A stretch of 64,000 nt of DNA from an uncultured Gemmatimonadales bacterium (lineage in GTDB: Bacteria; Gemmatimonadota; Gemmatimonadetes; Gemmatimonadales; GWC2-71-9), in NCBI GenBank assembly GCA_963828735.1, contig CAWHFW010000005.1, positions 160,001 through 224,000 of the forward strand. Reading direction: 5' to 3'. Positions within the stretch are counted from its first letter, which is position 1, and the number at the start of each line of letters is the position of its first letter. Both the position numbers and the translations under genes were made by a program. Below, piece after piece: positions 59,094 through 64,000 of this stretch. A model generated the notes under the pieces. The model had not been told where the DNA came from. It saw only the letters and a program-made list of their open reading frames with translations, and searched no databases.

Positions 59094-59867
59094 TCAACCC
59101 CGCTCTGACCCAAACACATACCTCGGATACCCATTCTTCCCTGCCGCCTGGCTGGCCAGGTCGATGTCCACTGTGACCCAAGGCGTCTCAGGGTTGGTCC
59201 GCGCCAGCACCGCTCCCTCCGGCCCGATGATCCACCCGCCGCCGCCGCAGGCCCCGGTCGGGTCCACCCGGTTGGACGAGAGACTGAATGCCCCCGACCG
59301 CACCGCTGCCACCACTCCCGCCGCGAACCACTTGGCCATCGTCGTCGCCGCCGTGGCCCTGGGCGACAGGATCACCTGCACGCCCAGCGCAGCGTACGCC
59401 GCGTAGGTCTCCAGCGCCCACAGCTCGGTGCAGATGTTGAGCCCGAACCGGAGGCCGCGCGACCGGTAGGCCGGGAACCCCGCGTCCCCCCGGTCGATCC
59501 ATGCCGCCTCCCACCCCCCCGGCTCGGACGGCAGGAAATACTTTCGACGGAGCGGCGCCAGGCCGGCGTCTTGCGACCAGAGAAATCCCTCGTTGAACCG
59601 CCGGCCCTGCTCAGAGGTCGGCCTCGTCCCTACGACCCGCTCGGCCTCTAACTTGTGGAGCTGCTCGAGAAGTGTGTCGGCCTGCGCCAGGGCCTCCGCC
59701 CAGCGCCCGGCATCGAACCGCTCCGCCTCCCACACCGCGTCCACCATCGCGAACTCCGGCAACAGCACCAGCTCCGACTCGTGCCGCGACACGTGCCGGC
59801 ACAACTCGGTCCATGCCGCCGCGAGCGCCGACGGCTCTTGGGGAAGCTCACAGACAGTGACCCGCAT
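59094..59867 (-). CDS. Carbon-nitrogen hydrolase (nitrilase superfamily)
   Basis: Glu-Lys-Cys triad: LVLLPEF, RRKYFLP, LNICTE. Confidence 0.9.
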   Translation of the reverse strand: MRVTVCELPQEPSALAAAWTELCRHVSRHESELVLLPEFAMVDAVWEAERFDAGRWAEALAQADTLLEQLHKLEAERVVGTRPTSEQGRRFNEGFLWSQDAGLAPLRRKYFLPSEPGGWEAAWIDRGDAGFPAYRSRGLRFGLNICTELWALETYAAYAALGVQVILSPRATAATTMAKWFAAGVVAAVRSGAFSLSSNRVDPTGACGGGGWIIGPEGAVLARTNPETPWVTVDIDLASQAAGKNGYPRYVFGSERG

Positions 59868-59878
59868 TTTGTCAGGCG

Positions 59879-61951
59879 TTACCAGACTCGCACCCGAGCC
59901 GCCGGCGCGAGATACAGCTGGTCCCCCGGCCGCACATCGAAGGCATCGTACCAGGCATCGAGGTTTCGCACGGTGGCGATGCGGTACAGCTCCGGCGCGT
60001 GGTCGTTGCTGACGAGCTGGGTGCGGAGCGCGCTCTCGCTGATCCTGCTCCGCCAGCTCCTGGCGAAGCCTAGGAAGAACTCCCGGTCTTGCCGCCGCAC
60101 GTAGGCGGTGTCGCTGGCCCGGGCGCCAAGGGTGTGGCGGTAGGCGTCAAAGGCAGCGGAGAGGCCCCCGAGGTCGGCGACGTTCTCCGGCAGAGTGAGC
60201 TTCCCGTTGACGCCCAAATCCGGGAACGGGTGATACCCCGAAAACTGCCGGGCCAACCCGTCCGCCGCCCCCTGAAACTCCGCGCTGTCCTCCGGCGTCC
60301 ACCAGCGCCTCACTCGGCCGTCGGCCTCGTACTCCGCCCCTAGCGGGTCGATGAAATGGCTCGCCTCGTGGCCTATGATGGCGCCGATCGCCCCGTAATT
60401 CGCGGCGTCCGACGCCGCAGGATCATACTTGGGGGCCTGCAGCAGCGCCGCGGCAAAGGTGAGCGCATTCTGCTGGAAGACGAGCACTGCGCCGACCGTC
60501 TGCGGCGCGATCCACCACTCCGTCATGTCCACCGGCTGCCCCAGCCGGGCCAGCGCATGGCGGTAATTCCGGTCCGCCACCCGCCGGAGATTCCCCACCG
60601 CGTCCATCGGGTCCACTGTCAGGTCGGAGTAGTCCTCCCACCGCTCCGGGTAGCCAATGCCGACGTAGAGTGTGCTGAGCTTGGCCAGCGCCACTCGCTT
60701 GGTGTCCGCCGACATCCACGTCACCGTCTCGACACGGTGACGCAGCGCCTCGATGACATTGGCCCCGATCGCCTGCACCCGGGCCTTCTGCTCGGCCGGG
60801 AAATAGCGCTCGGCGTACATCTGTCCGAGGGCCCCGCTCATCGCCACCACCGTCGCCGCCAGCGCCCGCTGGGACGCGGTCGAGTCAGGGAGGCCGGCCA
60901 CGGCGGCGCCATGCAGCGCCCGAGCCTCCTCGGCATAGCCGCGCGGCAGCACCTCGGCGTACTCGTCCAACAAGTGGAAACGCAAGTAGTCCTTCCACGC
61001 CTCGAGCGGCGCCGACCCGACCTCGGCCGCCAGCCCCGTCGCCGCGGACGGCTGCCACACCACGAACGACTCCTGCCTGGCCAGCCCCGCCTCCTTGAAG
61101 AACGCCGACCAGTCCATCCCCGGCGCCCGCCGCGCGAAATCGCCTCGCGTCCACGTGCTGTCGGCGTTCTGGTCGTGGGCCGATACCTCCTTCGTGGCCT
61201 GCGATCGGGCGAGGGCCGTTTCGAGCGTCATCACCGCCGCCGCCCGCCCCTCGGCCCGATCGAGCCCCGCCAGGGCGAGGAACCGGCCGATGTACCTCTG
61301 GTACCTTGCCCGGAGCGCCTGCATGCCGGGCTCGGTGCTGACGTACGGCTCGCGGTCCGGCAGGCCCAGGCCCCCCTGCAGCAGAAAAGCGACGTAGGTC
61401 TTTTCGCCATGGAGCGAGGGCTCCACCGACAGCCCCAGCAGGCGCGAGGATCGATAGACCGCCCAGTTGAGCGGGTCGACATCGGCTGCGAGCGCCCGGC
61501 CCAGGAGCTTGGTCAGCGACGCCTTGTCGCGCACCCGGTCGATGCTGTCGAAGATCGGCTTGAGTGGCGCGATCCCTTGCCTCTCGATCGCGGCCTCATT
61601 CAGATAGGCCGCCCGGACGTCGGCGACCTTCCTGGCGAGGGATCCTGCTGGCGCCACACCGGCGTCGTCGAGCAGGTGCGCGATCTGCTGGCGGGTCACC
61701 TCCCCGATTTCGGTCCGCGCGTTCCACCGCTCCTTGCCCGCTGGAATCACCGTAGCCTTGAGCCAGGCGCCGTTCGCGTAGGAGAAGAAGTCGTCCCCCG
61801 GCGTGATGCTCGGGTCCGCCCCGTGCTCGAGCGCCGTCTGGTCGCCACGGGACTGCGCCCGGAGCGCCGATCCCGGCCACCCCACGAGCGCCAGGCCGAG
61901 GAGTACCGCTGCCCACGCGACCGTCCGGATGGCATCGTCCGGCACTCTCAT
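59879..61951 (-). CDS. M13 family metallo-endopeptidase (PepO/neprilysin-like), secreted
   Basis: PGDDFFSYANG, GLGLPDR, NYGAIGAIIGHEASH, ENVADLGG, HAP..YR...VRNLDAWY. Confidence 0.93.
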   Translation of the reverse strand: MRVPDDAIRTVAWAAVLLGLALVGWPGSALRAQSRGDQTALEHGADPSITPGDDFFSYANGAWLKATVIPAGKERWNARTEIGEVTRQQIAHLLDDAGVAPAGSLARKVADVRAAYLNEAAIERQGIAPLKPIFDSIDRVRDKASLTKLLGRALAADVDPLNWAVYRSSRLLGLSVEPSLHGEKTYVAFLLQGGLGLPDREPYVSTEPGMQALRARYQRYIGRFLALAGLDRAEGRAAAVMTLETALARSQATKEVSAHDQNADSTWTRGDFARRAPGMDWSAFFKEAGLARQESFVVWQPSAATGLAAEVGSAPLEAWKDYLRFHLLDEYAEVLPRGYAEEARALHGAAVAGLPDSTASQRALAATVVAMSGALGQMYAERYFPAEQKARVQAIGANVIEALRHRVETVTWMSADTKRVALAKLSTLYVGIGYPERWEDYSDLTVDPMDAVGNLRRVADRNYRHALARLGQPVDMTEWWIAPQTVGAVLVFQQNALTFAAALLQAPKYDPAASDAANYGAIGAIIGHEASHFIDPLGAEYEADGRVRRWWTPEDSAEFQGAADGLARQFSGYHPFPDLGVNGKLTLPENVADLGGLSAAFDAYRHTLGARASDTAYVRRQDREFFLGFARSWRSRISESALRTQLVSNDHAPELYRIATVRNLDAWYDAFDVRPGDQLYLAPAARVRVW

Positions 61952-62183
61952 TGGGGTGCTGCCGCGGCGCGAGTCTCGAGCATGGGCGGGGCCTCTCGAA
62001 CGAACGGTGGTGATCGTAGATCGGAACCGCGCATCCGCGGGTGGTCACAAAGCTATGAGACGGGCCTCTCGCCGTCGCCGCCCAAGGCCGACAGGTTTGG
62101 TGCATTTTCGGACATCTACCCTTCCCCTCATTCCGCCGATCCCCTCTATGCTGTATCCTTGGACCTCATCCTCATGTCCTGAA

Positions 62184-63245
62184 ATGATCGCACGCGCGCA
62201 GATGATCGATTTGCTGTTCGTCATCGCCCCCCACTCGCTGCTGCTCGACATCGCGGGGCCGGCGGAGGCATTTCGCCTCGCCAACCTGCATCGCCGGGGC
62301 CAGGGACTGCCGCCCCGTTTCCGCCTCGGCTACGCCGGCCCGACGGCAACGGTGCCGACCTCTGTCGGGCTCGGGTTGGTCGACCTCGATCCGCTCCCCG
62401 ACCGCCTGCGAGTCCCGACGTGGGTGGTGCTGGTCGGTCAGCCAACCGCGCAACTCGCGCATGTCACCCCGGCGATCGCCGCCACCGCGAAGTGGCTCAC
62501 CGATCGGCTCGGCCGAGCGCTCCTCGCTGAGGATACGCCGCACCGCCTGCTCGCGATCTGCTCCGGCGCGCTCCTCGCCGCGCGGGCTGGCCTCCTCGGC
62601 CATCGCCGGTGCACGACGCACCACGAATTGCTGTCCGCGCTCCGGGCCCTGGCGCCCGAGGCCGAGGTGATCGACAACCGCGTCTACGTGGTGGATGGTC
62701 CGGTTGCGACCAGCGCCGGCATCACCGCCGGGATCGATCTGGCGTTGCATCTGATTGCAGAGGAGTGCGGAGAGGCGCTCGCGGGGAGTGTCGCGGAGGA
62801 CATGGTCGTCTATCTCAGGCGCTCGCCCCGCGACCCGGAGCTCTCCCCCTACCTGCAGCATCGGCGCCATCTGCACCCCGCCGTGCACCGGGTGCAGGAC
62901 GCGATCATCACGCGGCCCGACCGGGAATGGGACATGGCCGCGCTGGCGGCGGTGGGGCATGCCACGGACCGCCACCTGCTCAGGCTCTTCATCGACCACG
63001 CCGGCGTGTCGCCGCTCCAGTACCTGCGCTCCATCCGACTCGAGCGCGCCCGACAGTCGCTGGAAAACGGCGCGACGGTCACCGGCGCGGCCGAGGTAGC
63101 GGGCTTCCGCTCGGCGCTGCAGCTCCGCCGTGCCTGGAGGAACCAGTGGGGTGGATCGCCGCGCGACGTGGCGCGCGCGGTGGATCATCGGCGTGCTCCT
63201 CACGGTGCCCCAGCGGTCTATGCTGCACCCCACCGGCGCGGGTGA
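62184..63245 (+). CDS. GlxA-family transcriptional regulator (DJ-1/PfpI plus AraC HTH)
   Basis: LLDIAGPAEAF, AICSGA, TTHH, TSAGITAGIDL, AraC tail (SPLQYL...AGF...LRRAW). Start ATG 62184 or 62202. Confidence 0.92.
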   Translation: MIARAQMIDLLFVIAPHSLLLDIAGPAEAFRLANLHRRGQGLPPRFRLGYAGPTATVPTSVGLGLVDLDPLPDRLRVPTWVVLVGQPTAQLAHVTPAIAATAKWLTDRLGRALLAEDTPHRLLAICSGALLAARAGLLGHRRCTTHHELLSALRALAPEAEVIDNRVYVVDGPVATSAGITAGIDLALHLIAEECGEALAGSVAEDMVVYLRRSPRDPELSPYLQHRRHLHPAVHRVQDAIITRPDREWDMAALAAVGHATDRHLLRLFIDHAGVSPLQYLRSIRLERARQSLENGATVTGAAEVAGFRSALQLRRAWRNQWGGSPRDVARAVDHRRAPHGAPAVYAAPHRRG

Positions 63246-63433
63246 GTCCGCGCGAGCTCAAGTGGCAGACGCTCGAGACCGTCGACTCGGTGGATTTCTT
63301 TCCCGACCGCCGTTCGTTCTTCGTCTGCGAGACTGAGCACGGCAAGGCCAGCTGCTACCGAAGTCCCATGGACAAGCTCGTGCTCGAGCCGGTCACTCCA
63401 GACAGCGTGGGAGGCGGACGGCAGTGCCGGTAG
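63242..63433 (+). CDS. Possible small ORF or gene remnant (63 aa)
   Basis: GTG overlaps the regulator stop (GTGA); MSPRELKWQTLETVDSVDFFPDRRSFFVCETEHGKASCYRSP...; coding-like GC3, no recognised motif. Confidence 0.3.
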   Translation: MSPRELKWQTLETVDSVDFFPDRRSFFVCETEHGKASCYRSPMDKLVLEPVTPDSVGGGRQCR

Positions 63434-63543
63434 CACCGCGGCCGAAAGGGGCGCCGGCGTGCGCGAGCCTGTCGGTTCCGAGATTGTCCGAAGATTCCTG
63501 CCCTGATCCCGCGGCCTCAGGTCGCCTCCAACCCCGGACTCCC

Positions 63544-64000
63544 ATGCGCCATCTCCAGCGCTGCACGCTTGTCGTATTGGTGGGCGCCGCTTCTACCGCT
63601 GCCGCCCAACAGCCGACGCTGACCAGTGGCGCCGACACCGTACCGACCATCGCCGAGCGCACGAGAGGTGTCGATCGGCTCGACGGGTTCGTGCCCGCGT
63701 ATGTTGAGCGCGGCAGCGGCGCCCTGTGGCTCGAGCTCCCGAAGGGCGGGACTCGGCTGCTACAATGCGTCTCGCTCGCGACCGGCCTCGGCTCCAATCC
63801 CATCGGGCTCGACCGCGGTGCCGACCGAGGCTGCAGCGTGGCCCGGCTGGAGCCGGTAGGGAGACGTCAGCTCATAGTGCTGGAGAACTGGAACTATCGA
63901 AGCACGTTCACCGAGAACCCGGCACATGCGCGATCCGTGGCCGAGTCGTTCGCGCCCAGCACGGTGGCGGCACTGCCAGTGATTGCGGCCGAGGGCGATC
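63544..64000 (+). CDS. Secreted zinc-dependent metalloprotease family protein (DUF5117-type N-terminus), partial
   Basis: Manual translation: signal MRHLQRCTLVVLVGAASTAAAQ, then DGFVPAY...LWLE...SLATGLGSNPIGLDRG...NWNYR...SVAESFA; runs off the window. Confidence 0.75.
   Translation, partial: MRHLQRCTLVVLVGAASTAAAQQPTLTSGADTVPTIAERTRGVDRLDGFVPAYVERGSGALWLELPKGGTRLLQCVSLATGLGSNPIGLDRGADRGCSVARLEPVGRRQLIVLENWNYRSTFTENPAHARSVAESFAPSTVAALPVIAAEGD

Overview
High-GC bacterial chromosomal window with about 55 protein-coding genes. Gene content (Hanks-type kinases with TolB-N-like/TPR tails, short TonB-ExbB-ExbD-ExbD set, small conserved hypotheticals) suggests Gemmatimonadota, which is an inference. 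I found no rRNA, tRNA, CRISPR array, integrase or transposase. Left to right: (1) a tightly coupled minus-strand run of 2-oxoacid dehydrogenase E1a/E1b/E2, two small hypotheticals, a PHP phosphoesterase, a peroxiredoxin whose catalytic codon is an in-frame TGA followed by a SECIS-like hairpin (likely selenoprotein, split in the ORF track), two SDRs, a Cys-rich unknown, trxB and an MBL hydrolase; (2) a Tat amidase; (3) an inositol operon (CDP-alcohol transferase, ino1, hypothetical, divergent-clade H+-PPase); (4) a peptidoglycan-sugar recycling cluster in which namZ and nagZ start head-to-head inside one GTGCAC palindrome, followed by two Na+/solute symporters and a MurK-like kinase; (5) APC permease, Ton complex and a two-kinase/one-regulator system; (6) sod/Prx, an orphan mreB and receiver proteins; (7) a porin divergent from a Xis-TOBE regulator plus modABC; (8) a SufR-like regulator divergent from DUF4142, cupredoxin and di-haem cytochrome c genes; (9) two Ser/Thr kinases, a PQQ sugar dehydrogenase, nitrilase, M13 peptidase, GlxA regulator and a partial Zn-protease. 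At least a dozen single-base indels break otherwise intact genes and are best read as long-read assembly errors. All family calls come from motif recognition, not database searches.
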